A DNA stretch of 64,000 nt from Candidatus Nomurabacteria bacterium (GCA_020639315.1 JACKGM010000002.1:286321-350320), one strand, 5' to 3'. Positions 1 to 9,989 are shown, numbered from the stretch's first letter. Made by a program: numbers and translations. Notes: generated from the sequence alone by a model not told the origin.

Positions 1-9
1 TACGGTCAA

Positions 10-1884
10 ATGATTGATAAAGAGCTAATCAAGGAGCTGGGCCTTGACCAGATACACCGTGACAAACTAGAGGGTATCTTAGACGAGCTAGCAGTCATCT
101 TGCAACCTGCTCTATCAGACAAGCTTGAAGCATCGCTATCAGATGAGCAATTGGATCAATTTGATCAATTTCTAATCAAAAACGACGAAATGGGAGCCTT
201 TAGCTACCTTCAGCAACAAATTCCAAACTTTACCGAAGTAATCAAAGCGGTAATCGCTGACCAGAAAGAGATTCTTCGATCTCGAGTCGAGATGTTGATC
301 GGTGGTGACCCTAGCTTACGCGCAACCTCTGAGGATCAAACTATTTTAGCAGCTGCACCTGCTAACCCCCAGCCGATTAGCCCCCAACCAAACCCTACAA
401 ATACTACCTCACCCCAGCTACCCAGCTACTCCAATCAACCACCTAAGCCTAGCAATTCAGCTACTAACAATCAGCCAATTACCAACTCTACGATTGCACC
501 TCCGCCCAAGAGCTATGCAGATAAGATTGCTAGAGATAAATCTATCAATAAACCTACTAAAGATGCCCCTCCCAATAGCCCAAAAGATTCAAAACAATCA
601 GGCGCAGGCAACTCCTCAAATCCTACCAGCCAAAATGATTCAACTAAGCTATCTGGATCCAACCAAGCACCCCACGCTTTTCATTTACATGGAGGTAATT
701 ACAACGACTACCCCAATACTCAGCCCCAAAAATCTCCTGGCAACCTAAACTCTCATCAGCAACCAGCGACTAACTCTGATGTCAAGAGCTCTACTACAAA
801 TCCAATTCCAACCCCTGCTCCTAGTTCAAATCCCCCTAAGGCCAACAACAGCACTCCATATTCCCCTTCATCTAACCCCCACCCAAGACAGATCCAAACG
901 AATCCTTCAGCTGGAACTCAACCTACTCCAAGCTTTGACTTTTCAAAACCAACCAAACCCCAACCTACTTCAAACCAAGAACAGACTACAAATGCCAAGC
1001 TAGGATCGATCCCTCAGTCTATCCCAGCTCAGCCTTTTTCACCCAAACCTCTTACTGATTGGACTACTAGCCAGAGCAAACCAACCCCTCCTCCAGTAGC
1101 TTCTACTGCTCAGAGCTTCTCTAGCTCCCAAGATCCAAAGCCCTACATTGTACCTCAGTCAACCAATGACCTTAGCCAAACCTCAGCACCAACTCCCAAC
1201 CAACCAGCTAGCACGCCTGCTCCTAGTGAATCAGCACCCAATACTCCTCCGCAAATCAAAATCCCAGATGTCAATGCTCCTGATGGCGTTCCAAATATTT
1301 ATGAGGATTCCTACCTACGTAGTAGCTTCAATCAATCAGCTCCCAGTAACCCCCAACCTCAAACAGCCCCTGATACCAACCCCCAAGCACCTGCTAAGCC
1401 TGCACCACCTACTATCAATCCCTTTGTCCAATCCGCAGGTTCATATGCTCAAAACCCAACCCAACCTGTTAGCCCCAACCCATATCCAAACAGCCCCCAA
1501 AACCCCGTAGATAGCCTAACCGATCCTTATGCTCCACCTAGAAATGTAAGCTCTACTCCTCCACCAACTACCTACTCCACTGGAATACAAACCAACCCTC
1601 AGCCTGCCGCTCCAGCTAGCTATCCTCCGGCTAGTCACCCCCTAAGCTCGACTCAATCTACCCCCAATCCCGGCTTTCCTCAAGCCAATTCCGTATCTCA
1701 ACCTAGCCCCAATAATACCCCTAATACCCCAGCTTCTGTGCCCAACTCGACTACCCAGCCAGCTCAACCCTGGCAACCTCCAGCAAACCAAGTCAATCAA
1801 CCTACCCAACCTACTACTCCCAGCTACGACTATACCAATCCTGCCACCAACCCCAATCACCCCTTAAATAGCCTTAAGCAGTAG
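10..1884 (+). CDS. hypothetical protein: ~100-aa helical N-terminal domain followed by ~520 aa of P/S/T/N/Q-rich low-complexity sequence
   Basis: 624-aa ORF. The frame has no stop back to base 1, so the true start may lie upstream of the window. Composition read from the translation. No catalytic motif recognised. Confidence 0.5.
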   Translation: MIDKELIKELGLDQIHRDKLEGILDELAVILQPALSDKLEASLSDEQLDQFDQFLIKNDEMGAFSYLQQQIPNFTEVIKAVIADQKEILRSRVEMLIGGDPSLRATSEDQTILAAAPANPQPISPQPNPTNTTSPQLPSYSNQPPKPSNSATNNQPITNSTIAPPPKSYADKIARDKSINKPTKDAPPNSPKDSKQSGAGNSSNPTSQNDSTKLSGSNQAPHAFHLHGGNYNDYPNTQPQKSPGNLNSHQQPATNSDVKSSTTNPIPTPAPSSNPPKANNSTPYSPSSNPHPRQIQTNPSAGTQPTPSFDFSKPTKPQPTSNQEQTTNAKLGSIPQSIPAQPFSPKPLTDWTTSQSKPTPPPVASTAQSFSSSQDPKPYIVPQSTNDLSQTSAPTPNQPASTPAPSESAPNTPPQIKIPDVNAPDGVPNIYEDSYLRSSFNQSAPSNPQPQTAPDTNPQAPAKPAPPTINPFVQSAGSYAQNPTQPVSPNPYPNSPQNPVDSLTDPYAPPRNVSSTPPPTTYSTGIQTNPQPAAPASYPPASHPLSSTQSTPNPGFPQANSVSQPSPNNTPNTPASVPNSTTQPAQPWQPPANQVNQPTQPTTPSYDYTNPATNPNHPLNSLKQ

Positions 1885-1887
1885 CCA

Positions 1888-2457
1888 ATGCCAATCTATA
1901 CTAAGAAAGGAGACCAAGGCAAAACTTCTCTTTTCGATGGTACTAGAGTCGATAAGACCAATGCCAGGATCAATTGCCTCGGCACAATCGATGAATTGAA
2001 TAGTACGATTGGACTACTGGCTACTCTTATAACTTATGACCAAGAGCTAAAAATCAATGATATAGTTGTAGCTAATACTACTTTGCTCAAAGATATTCAG
2101 TCTAAGCTTTTCTCGATTGGAGCAAGTATTGCCAACCCTGCCATCGAGGTATTTGAGTCTGACTACCTGGATTTTACCAGTAAGGTAGAGGATTTGATTG
2201 ACCAAATGACAACAATTTTACCCAAGCTAAAAAACTTTATTTTACCGGGTGGCAATATGACAGCTGCCCAAGCTCAAGTGACTCGTTCTGTTACTAGGCG
2301 AGCCGAAAGAACTTACTTCGGACTAGAAGAATACCCGGACATCACTATTAGCCCAGCAATTGCCAGCCTACTCAACCGTCTCTCCGATTATTTCTTTACC
2401 CTCGCTCGGTATCTAAACTTTGCCTCCAAGGTTGATGAAACTATCTGGAAGCAATAG
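1888..2457 (+). CDS. PduO-type ATP:cob(I)alamin adenosyltransferase
   Basis: 189-aa ORF. The N-terminus MPIYTKKGDQGKTSLFDGTRVDK...CLGTIDELNSTIGL matches the characteristic N-terminal motif of PduO/MMAB-type adenosyltransferases. Size is typical. Confidence 0.85.
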   Translation: MPIYTKKGDQGKTSLFDGTRVDKTNARINCLGTIDELNSTIGLLATLITYDQELKINDIVVANTTLLKDIQSKLFSIGASIANPAIEVFESDYLDFTSKVEDLIDQMTTILPKLKNFILPGGNMTAAQAQVTRSVTRRAERTYFGLEEYPDITISPAIASLLNRLSDYFFTLARYLNFASKVDETIWKQ

Positions 2458-2624
2458 AGGCCCTATTTTCTAACCCTAAAGCCCACCAATAGCATAGCAA
2501 ATCATCACTTCAGTATTAATTTCACCTGGTTGATTTGGGTCTAACCCCGAGGGGTCTGGCGCTAGCTTTGACTGATCCACCGAAACCCAAACTCCATTGC
2601 ACCCAACTGGTAAATCTATTACCG

Positions 2625-3002
2625 TTATAACCCCGGCAATAGAAAGAATGTAGACTCTGGACCTTCTTTGTCATTCTGATCAGTCGCTATCAGTTTTACC
2701 CCTTCTAGTATTGAGGATTTAGGTGGCCTAAAAAATGCAATACTAGAGACTACTTGATCCAGAAAGCATGCTCCTGCCAAGCTTTCATCCTTCAAATCAT
2801 ACAAATCGGGCTTAATAATAATAAACGGTCCACACTCTACCGAAAGTCTTTCAAAAAGAATTTCTACAAGAAATTTTTCTGGGTCTTCACAACCTAAAAA
2901 ATATAGTTTAGTAACAGTAAATCCATCAACCTCTTCCTCAATATTTCTTAAATGTCTATTAAAGTTGTCACCAGGGTTACTATTCATTTCAATCAAACCC
3001 AT
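2625..3002 (-). CDS. hypothetical protein (125 aa)
   Basis: ORF overlaps the upstream gene by 14 nt (operon-like). No recognisable motif. Confidence 0.4.
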   Translation of the reverse strand: MGLIEMNSNPGDNFNRHLRNIEEEVDGFTVTKLYFLGCEDPEKFLVEILFERLSVECGPFIIIKPDLYDLKDESLAGACFLDQVVSSIAFFRPPKSSILEGVKLIATDQNDKEGPESTFFLLPGL

Positions 3003-3510
3003 ACCCTACCCATACTGCTGTATCTACAATCCCATCTTCTGCTCCATCAGTAGCCGTTGCAGGACCTACGGAGACCAAAACGTTTCCAGCTCCTAGTGGC
3101 AAATAGACTATCTTTGCCTCACCAGGATCAAGACTAAATGTGTATGTTGTATCTGTAGCTTCACCATCCTTCATCACGGACAAAGTAATTTCCGGTAGGT
3201 TAGGCCTATTTGGATCTCTGTAAACAATCATTACTCCAGTAGTATTACTAAATAATGCACCACCTTCAATCGATCGAGAGCTAGTTCTATGCCTTTTTGG
3301 CAACACACTAGAGCATCCCTCTGGTAATTTTTCAGCTAACCGTTCCGCCAACCCCGAAGCGATATCTTGATTAGGGTCTATGGGTTTTTCCACTGCCTCA
3401 ACCCTAAACTGCCCTAGAGCACCCTTAATATCACTCCAATCAACCAAACCTTGTATATCTTGACCTAACTTATCCTCCGGAAATCCTTCTTCCCTACTAC
3501 CCTTACCCAT
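2989..3510 (-). CDS. hypothetical protein (173 aa)
   Basis: ORF lies directly downstream of the 3538-5526 gene on the same strand. No recognisable motif. Confidence 0.45.
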   Translation of the reverse strand: MGKGSREEGFPEDKLGQDIQGLVDWSDIKGALGQFRVEAVEKPIDPNQDIASGLAERLAEKLPEGCSSVLPKRHRTSSRSIEGGALFSNTTGVMIVYRDPNRPNLPEITLSVMKDGEATDTTYTFSLDPGEAKIVYLPLGAGNVLVSVGPATATDGAEDGIVDTAVWVGYGFD

Positions 3511-3537
3511 CGTTACCTCCGATTAAATTAATACCCA

Positions 3538-5526
3538 TCAGTACACCACCACCGCCTGATTCGACAAGTTGCCGTGAATATTCATATTGGCCATCAATTG
3601 AGCGGCGGTCCAGTTGAGTTGACCGCTGACTGGATCATTGATAATAAAGCTAGTTGGGTTATCAGGATTTCCCCTAAAACCAATCACAGTCCTAGCATGT
3701 TCTCCTATGTATGCTCCTACCGCTGAACCGTTGGCGTTCCAATCAATCCTCTGCCCACTATAGCTATAGCCCCAAATCACTACCGGGTTATTGTTGGCAA
3801 TCTGGTTTGCAATAAAGCTAGCCGATACTCCATAATGCACGCTACTATTCGCTCCCAATGCTTGTGCTGCTGCTGCGATTGGTGGCGCGTAAACCCCATA
3901 GCCAGTCTTAGCCGACTGACTTCCCATCACATCTCCGACAAACATTTGGTAAGGATCATCCCATTGGTTGCCATCTACTTGCCATTGTTTCGGGTTGTAG
4001 CCCACAAGACTCATTATTTGATTTTCGGTCGCACTAATCCCTCGATATGCCAATGCCATCTTCAGAGCTGCTGATTCACAAGATAGCGGCATAGTCTGAT
4101 AAAAAAATGGTACTCCTAGTATTGTCACCCTCTCCTCAGTCACAAAGCTCCCCGTAAATCCACTACTACTAGGCAAACCAAAGCCAAGATTGACCACTCC
4201 AGCTCCAACTACTACCCGGTATTCAGAGCCATACCCCAAGCTGGTGTTTGGGACTACCAAAACCGTACTATCGCTAGCCCACTCCAGATGATAATCAAAG
4301 CTCGGCGCGACCGAAATCCTACTCTCGGCTGAGGCCCGATCGACAGCCTGGGAAAAATCTACCCGAAATCTAGAATTGATCGGTAGCCCATATCCCCCAG
4401 GAGAAATCGATGCATAAACTTCACCAACTGATCTAACCCTAAAGCTCCTAGGACTTTCGGCTTCCAATCTACCTCCAGCCTCAGTCCTAGCCCCAGTCAT
4501 AACTTCAATATCATAGCTATTTCCAGGAGTAATACCAGACAAGTCTAGCTTGATATTCTGAGCATCTAGCCAGCTATATCCGCCCAGATTGGTTTGAATA
4601 GTCGTCTCTTGCTGATTCATTGGTTCTGAGAAACTCAAAACCAGATTGGAATTTGGATTAAGGCTCTCAGTCTGATTGATACTTAGCTTTGGCTCCCTGA
4701 CTGTTTGAAACTTGTACTGCTTGACTGGCTTAAGCTGATCTTTGTAGTTATCGAATACTTCTACACCGTACTCGGTAGTCTGTCGATATTCCTGCTTGGG
4801 AACAAATTTGACCTCAGTCTTATCTTGAGATAAGATCTTGTCAAACTGAATCTCTGGCTGAGTTTTGATCTGAAAATCACTCAAGTCATTGTTGGGTTCG
4901 GTTAGCTTCAGGGTCAATGTTTGGTCAAGCTTGACATTGCTTGCCTGATCAAAATCTACAGCTTCGATCTCAGGGGCATCCTGAGTCCGAAACCCAAGCT
5001 CTAGATCTTGCTTATCACCAAATTTCTTGGCAATACCATTCAGCTTGACCCTATAATCAGTCCCGGTCTTCAGTCGTCCATCTGGCACCAAGACGATCTG
5101 ATCGACAAGACCCAATGCACCAGTATGCATAAGCTCCAAATGATAATCGAAGCTTGGCTCAGTCTCAACTGCAAAATTTTGATCGAGTCCAAAATTGGAC
5201 TTGATTTTCAGAGCCTGACCAATCTCTAGCTTGGCCTCGACTGGACTTAGCTCAAGCTCCCCCTCCAGGTAATGCCAAGTATTAGAGCCAACTATTCCAG
5301 CTAGTAGTCCCAACTGTAATACCATCAGGCCAACCAAAGCCAAGCCCAATCTTCTGGATATCAGGCGCAGAAAATAACCGAAACCAAATCTCCAAAATAA
5401 GCTCGGACTTAATTGTTCTATTTCTGGCTTGGGGTCTTTTGGGTTCTTATGATTCTGATTATTTTGGTAATTTTTGTTATTTTTGTTATTTTTATTTTTG
5501 TTTTTGTTTTTATGTTTGTGGCTCAA
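3538..5526 (-). CDS. membrane-anchored protein with Ig-like beta-rich repeats and a C-terminal peptidase C39-like (YvpB-type) domain
   Basis: K/N-rich N-terminal tail and one TM helix (LALVGLMVLQLGLLAGIVG). The C-terminal ~190 aa (FFYQTMPLSCESAALKMALAYRG...GEHARTVIGF) resembles C39_2 cysteine-peptidase-like domains. Confidence 0.6.
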   Translation of the reverse strand: MSHKHKNKNKNKNNKNNKNYQNNQNHKNPKDPKPEIEQLSPSLFWRFGFGYFLRLISRRLGLALVGLMVLQLGLLAGIVGSNTWHYLEGELELSPVEAKLEIGQALKIKSNFGLDQNFAVETEPSFDYHLELMHTGALGLVDQIVLVPDGRLKTGTDYRVKLNGIAKKFGDKQDLELGFRTQDAPEIEAVDFDQASNVKLDQTLTLKLTEPNNDLSDFQIKTQPEIQFDKILSQDKTEVKFVPKQEYRQTTEYGVEVFDNYKDQLKPVKQYKFQTVREPKLSINQTESLNPNSNLVLSFSEPMNQQETTIQTNLGGYSWLDAQNIKLDLSGITPGNSYDIEVMTGARTEAGGRLEAESPRSFRVRSVGEVYASISPGGYGLPINSRFRVDFSQAVDRASAESRISVAPSFDYHLEWASDSTVLVVPNTSLGYGSEYRVVVGAGVVNLGFGLPSSSGFTGSFVTEERVTILGVPFFYQTMPLSCESAALKMALAYRGISATENQIMSLVGYNPKQWQVDGNQWDDPYQMFVGDVMGSQSAKTGYGVYAPPIAAAAQALGANSSVHYGVSASFIANQIANNNPVVIWGYSYSGQRIDWNANGSAVGAYIGEHARTVIGFRGNPDNPTSFIINDPVSGQLNWTAAQLMANMNIHGNLSNQAVVVY

Positions 5527-5537
5527 TCGTATATTCC

Positions 5538-8069
5538 TTATTTATTACTTATTATTTTTCCTCGATTTAGACTATGGTCAAAATGATGGTACAAATGAAT
5601 CATAGCCAGAGAACATCCATAAAGTAATACCGAAAAAGTGTAGATCCTAATACTGCCAAGATCATAATAATCTATCAGTTGCCAACCTGCCACTACTAGA
5701 AATAGCCCGGCTAGGTATTGACCAGCAAGCGTTCTTCTTCTCCTAGCCTCAAGCATGGTTAAGGCAAAAGCAGTAATCATAATGCCACCACAGACTAGTT
5801 CCCGATTTTCTACTGAAAGTAAAAGTTTGAAAATGATTCCAAAATATAGACCGATCAGCGCTCCTATCCTCAGCCACTGGGCATGAGCTTGCTCAAAAAA
5901 GTTTGCCATTAGATACCATCCGACCGCGGCAACTATTGGTAGCACTGCAGTCAGAAGCTCAATATCTACTAGATATAAGAATCGATATACTGCTATAAAA
6001 AATGTTAGACTAGAAGCAATTCTTGTATAGTGCAAGTGCTCCTTTTTGGTGATCAAAAGAAACAAAATAGACAATAGAACAAGTCCTGCTACACTCAACA
6101 TATCCCCAGACATTAGTAAGAATAAACTCGACAAGAAAATGCTGATCATCCCAGCTAAGTGTACGACTATCTGGCTAGATTGATAATAATCTTTAAGACT
6201 ATTATTTAATTGGTGACCTTTTTGGCTAATCTTCAATTTTTTGTCACTCAACATGATCAGTACTGCGGACAGTAACAGCCAAAGGATCCCCAACCCCGAC
6301 ATATCTAGCTGATTAAATTGCCAGCCTAGCTGCAGTGATATCAACACTAGTATTAGTAAGAACATCCCCAAATTTGCTGGATATAGTCTAGTGACTCTCT
6401 TGAGTGAAGCAAGAGTATATTCGCTAATCATTAAGCTTGCCCCAATGACTAGACTCAGTGAAGCTACTATCAACCAATCCTGTCTCCCCAGCCACCCAGA
6501 GACAATAAAGATAGTCAGATTGACAACACCAGGGACAATCAATAAGTACCTCATATCAACCCTACTCTTTTCTCCTCCAAAGGTTTGGGTTAGTCTAATC
6601 CAGATACCCACGACTGCTACAATCAAGCTCACCATATCTACAAACAACAGTCCCGACACTAGATTGTCAAAGTAGTACTCGGCTAAGAATAAACTGCTCA
6701 GTGTCAGTATTGCCTGACTCAATACAAATAGTCCGGTTTTGGTTGATAGCCTGCTTAGATTGACAGCATAAACTAGACAATAAAAGCTAGTGATCAGTAG
6801 ATAGCTAAAGGCATTTAGTCCTGAAGCAATGCCCATCAAGACAAGTATTGTAGTCATAGCTACAATAGTATTGCCCCAAATACGAATAATCATCTGCTCT
6901 TCCAGATAATGATGACGATTGGTCAGCTCAAGCAACCCAGCTAATGCTACTAAAGGCATCAGGGCTAGCCGATGATCTAGACCAAAATATACTGGCAAAC
7001 AAAATGCTAGCGAGTAGACCGAGCCTAGTACTAGATGAAAAACATATTGGTGCTTGTGCTGACTGTAGTTGTAGCCAAGCCAGGCTATACTCCATAAGCT
7101 TGCCAGACCTATGGTCAGGCTATAGCTATTAAGACCTAGTCCGATCACACTTAGCCAACCTGCAAGCAATACTGACAAAATAAATATTCCCTCCATCACC
7201 TTAAATGAACCTATCAGCAGAGGTTGATCTTCTTCAATCATCATCAGCAAGAAGTAAATCCCCACCAAGACTAAGCTACCTGCAATAAAGAAGATATTAC
7301 TATCATACAAAGCAACACCGACTAGGTTGGCAATCATTGCTATACTGACCGAGACTAAACTGAGCTTACGGAAATCAGCTGCCAAAACCTTTTCAAAAAA
7401 TGAGCTCGATAAGATGATCAGAATTACCCCGGCCATTGCCCCAGCCAGACTAAAGCTATTGATATCCCCACCTGCGGCGTAGACCAAGGACTCCAAAGCA
7501 ACAATTACCGTGATACCTAAGGTATTTGCCACTACTCTACTTCTGCGTAACTCGTAGGCAAAGAGTGTAATAATGCTAACCATCACAAATCCCACTAGCC
7601 AATACAGTTTTCCTAGGCCAAAATCGCTATAGAGCCTTAAGGTTAGAGGCAAAGCCAAGAGTGAAGTAGCCGACAAATCATACCAAGCAGACCAGCTTGG
7701 ATTGGGTTTGCTGACTAGGGCTAACCCTAAATAATACTTAGTAGCAATCAGGACGAAATTTAAACCCAGTAGTATTGTCAGCACCAGACCAAAATAACTC
7801 AAATCATAACCAAAGCTTAGGATAGCTAGTAAAACCATTGTGGCAGTATTGACCACCAGCAAAGTCTTAATCAATCTATCTAACAATTTATTCTTGGCAA
7901 CCGCTTGTTCATTTTGCTTCTTTAAATTCTTACGCTTAAGCTTAGGTTTGACACTCAGTCCGTCAATAAATTGTCCAGCTTCGCCAGTCTCAAGTGGACT
8001 AGCTGAGGCAATCAAGCTCAAAAAGATAAACAAACCCCCAGTCAAGCCCAATCCCAACCAGGCTAACAT
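5538..8069 (-). CDS. large polytopic integral membrane protein (843 aa, >20 hydrophobic segments), function unknown
   Basis: Long ORF almost entirely made of hydrophobic helices. AAGGAG Shine-Dalgarno 5 nt upstream of the ATG at 8069. Confidence 0.6.
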   Translation of the reverse strand: MLAWLGLGLTGGLFIFLSLIASASPLETGEAGQFIDGLSVKPKLKRKNLKKQNEQAVAKNKLLDRLIKTLLVVNTATMVLLAILSFGYDLSYFGLVLTILLGLNFVLIATKYYLGLALVSKPNPSWSAWYDLSATSLLALPLTLRLYSDFGLGKLYWLVGFVMVSIITLFAYELRRSRVVANTLGITVIVALESLVYAAGGDINSFSLAGAMAGVILIILSSSFFEKVLAADFRKLSLVSVSIAMIANLVGVALYDSNIFFIAGSLVLVGIYFLLMMIEEDQPLLIGSFKVMEGIFILSVLLAGWLSVIGLGLNSYSLTIGLASLWSIAWLGYNYSQHKHQYVFHLVLGSVYSLAFCLPVYFGLDHRLALMPLVALAGLLELTNRHHYLEEQMIIRIWGNTIVAMTTILVLMGIASGLNAFSYLLITSFYCLVYAVNLSRLSTKTGLFVLSQAILTLSSLFLAEYYFDNLVSGLLFVDMVSLIVAVVGIWIRLTQTFGGEKSRVDMRYLLIVPGVVNLTIFIVSGWLGRQDWLIVASLSLVIGASLMISEYTLASLKRVTRLYPANLGMFLLILVLISLQLGWQFNQLDMSGLGILWLLLSAVLIMLSDKKLKISQKGHQLNNSLKDYYQSSQIVVHLAGMISIFLSSLFLLMSGDMLSVAGLVLLSILFLLITKKEHLHYTRIASSLTFFIAVYRFLYLVDIELLTAVLPIVAAVGWYLMANFFEQAHAQWLRIGALIGLYFGIIFKLLLSVENRELVCGGIMITAFALTMLEARRRRTLAGQYLAGLFLVVAGWQLIDYYDLGSIRIYTFSVLLYGCSLAMIHLYHHFDHSLNRGKIISNK

Positions 8070-8101
8070 TTTACTCCTTGTCGCAATATCTTAGACTCAA
8101 A

Positions 8102-8150
8102 CAAAAAAGCACCCAGCTTCCAGCAATCTGCTTGGTAGTATTGGGTGCTT
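8102..8150 (-). terminator. intrinsic terminator/attenuator hairpin inside the 5' leader of the 5538-8069 gene
   Basis: On the minus strand, AAGCACCCA...TGGGTGCTT forms a 9-bp stem with an inner sub-hairpin, followed by TTTTTTGT. It sits ~22 nt upstream of the SD of the membrane-protein gene. Confidence 0.5.
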
Positions 8151-8250
8151 GTGATTTGTATTTTGCTCATTTTGTTTATTTATTTTTTAAGGCAAGGTTT
8201 TTTGCGTTGCCTTACCTGTCAACGACAAGAGACTAACCTCTTATGTCTAG

Positions 8251-8279
8251 ATTATAAAGAACTAAATATTTATACGCAA
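8251..8279 (-). promoter_or_regulatory. sigma70-like promoter for the leader and membrane-protein gene
   Basis: Minus strand reads TTGCGT (8279-8274), a 17-nt spacer, then TATAAT (8256-8251). Confidence 0.4.
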
Positions 8280-8309
8280 GGGTTTTGTTGATTTTTCTGG
8301 GGATAAATC

Positions 8310-8364
8310 AAAAAAATAGCGACTCCTGATCAAATATCCCGTATTTGATTAAGAACCGCTATTT
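8310..8364 (-). terminator. strong intrinsic terminator (minus strand)
   Basis: AAATAGCG...CGCTATTT outer stem (8 bp) plus a 10-bp inner stem (TGATCAAATA/TATTTGATTA). On the minus strand it is followed by TTTTTTTGATTTAT. Confidence 0.55.
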
Positions 8365-9425
8365 TACTAAAACTTTTTAAGACACAATTTCCCATCATAC
8401 TCTAACCACATCAAAGAGTATGATCGGGCACTATTGGCACCCTCCGTTTTAAGTGTTATAAAATATAACTAATCGTTGTGGTTTGGGGTGAAGTGCCCGA
8501 CCAAGTAATAACCTGGGTCGATTTTGGACTCAAGTTATCTGGTAAGCCTCCTCGACATCCGCCGATGAGGAACCTAGGTCTGCTCCAGAACAGCACTCTG
8601 GAGCACGCCTAGGTCCTCACCTATTACTTACTAACTAGTTTTTGACACGTTAGAAGATTTGGATTGGTTATAGCTTTGGGCTATAACTGGTGCGAGGTGT
8701 GATATCAGTCGATTTGTTTGAGTTCTTGATCAACTTAATCACAATCATTATTTTTCCCTGAAGTTGAATATTCCTTTGCCTAGCATTGAATACTACTTAG
8801 TCTACCGAGGGTAAACTGATAGCACTTGCCCCATTCTCAATCATTTGACTGATTAAGAAAAAATATTCTTTTCTCCTGGTGATAATTCTAGTTTTTAAGA
8901 GCACAACTGCTATTCTCAATCTTGCGATCAAAAATAAAATTGCTCATTTTTCGTAAGCTTGTTACAAAAAGACTAGAGAAATCTTACCTGAAGAGTTTTC
9001 AGAGAGTTCCCTTACTATCATCAGAGTAAGGGGATCTTAAGCTAGGCAAAGGGGGTATAATCCTAGCTTAAGATTCCCCTACTCTTGATTACTGTCCTTG
9101 GGCAGTAAATGATAAATACTGGCGAAGCATCCTACCCCGTTCTAGCCTTGTCAGCCAGGCTATAGCAAAAAGCGATGTTCACGCACGCTTCTATGTAAGC
9201 TAACTGCCTCCTGACACCGACTCAAGGTATATTTCTATACCTATCTAACCCTCCGGGTAGAATCAATGCTATGTATTATCTAGATCGGTAGTCAATCAGG
9301 AGTACTGATCTCAAAACCTATCTAGGTAAGGAAATTTGATTTGGCTTATGAATTGTAAAAGAACCTTATTAAACTTGATCTTGTCAAGCTCAACGTTTCG
9401 CTGATGATTTAAACTTTCATCATGG
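8310..9425 (-). ncRNA. candidate ~1.1-kb structured non-coding RNA (unclassified)
   Basis: No ORF >=60 aa in any frame. Minus-strand promoter-like TTGACA (9458-9453), 17-nt spacer, TACGAT (9435-9430). Terminator at 8310-8364. Several 9-25-bp hairpins lie at 8394-8424, 8424-8500, 8567-8618, 8666-8688 and 9022-9087. No known RNA family recognised. Confidence 0.25.
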
Positions 9426-9672
9426 CTCTATCGTAGCAAAGCATTAGCATAATGTCAACACTTTTGTAGTAATAAATGTTACATAATCTGTACCTATATC
9501 TTATCTATATAATATGATTATCACTTTTCAATAGTTATACCAGTATAATATCGTTGTTATAATATATACATTATTTGCCATCTAAACCTTCTGTACCCCT
9601 ATTGCTATCGTATCCCTCTCGCGCTATCATCCCCTTCCCCCTTAAGGTCACTCTTGTATTAGACTTGTTCCT

Positions 9673-9836
9673 TATAGCAAACTCAAAACAAAACCGGACA
9701 ATTTGAGCTGTACTATAGAGAACTAGAAAGGTAGTTATTCTTAAGAGCCATATCCATAGATATGGTGAGTAAGAAAACTAGCTTTATAGACTCTAGAGTT
9801 GGGTCAAAAGTCTGGTTTTGTTTTTAACTTGCTATA
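9673..9836. mobile_element. MITE-A copy (164 bp, long imperfect palindrome)
   Basis: Ends are TATAGCAAACTCAAAACAAAACC and GGTTTTGTTTTTAACTTGCTATA. The two ~80-bp arms are mutually complementary around a central CCATATC-CATA-GATATGG hairpin. Near-identical copies at 43360 and 58728. Confidence 0.8.
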
Positions 9837-9989
9837 ACTAAGGTTTTCGGTCCCAAACCACCTACTTTGAAATATAATAAATCTTTTCACTTCATCACCT
9901 TAATTTTGTTAGGGCTCTTTACGAAAAGGCTATTCTAGTCTCAAGCTAGACAATTTTATGCTCAAAAATTATTGGGGAACAAGTCTATT

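Noticed and set aside
494-1860. Several 70-120-aa ORFs overlapping the first gene in other frames
   Set aside because: The low-complexity P/S/T/N/Q-coding DNA keeps other frames open. The 624-aa frame is the only one spanning the region.
2540-2565. The partial string CCCCGAGGGGTCTGG as a ninth REP copy
   Set aside because: Only half of the palindrome is present. It lacks the partner copy and the AACAGATATAAA spacer.
9440-9600. AT-rich stretch with multiple TATAAT-like strings as a possible replication origin
   Set aside because: No DnaA-box (TTATCCACA-like) clusters were seen and no dnaA, dnaN or other origin-linked genes are nearby. Promoter-like sequences are a simpler explanation.
8095-9670. 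Known housekeeping RNAs (tmRNA, RNase P RNA, SRP/4.5S, 6S, 5S rRNA) or a group II intron in the ORF-free gap
   Set aside because: None of the expected signatures is present on either strand. There is no tRNA-like GGTTCGA T-arm, no GAGGAAAGTCC P4 core, no SRP GGAA/AGCAGC helix-8 motif and no domain-V-like AGC...GNRA hairpin. This was checked only by eye, so it needs a covariance-model scan.
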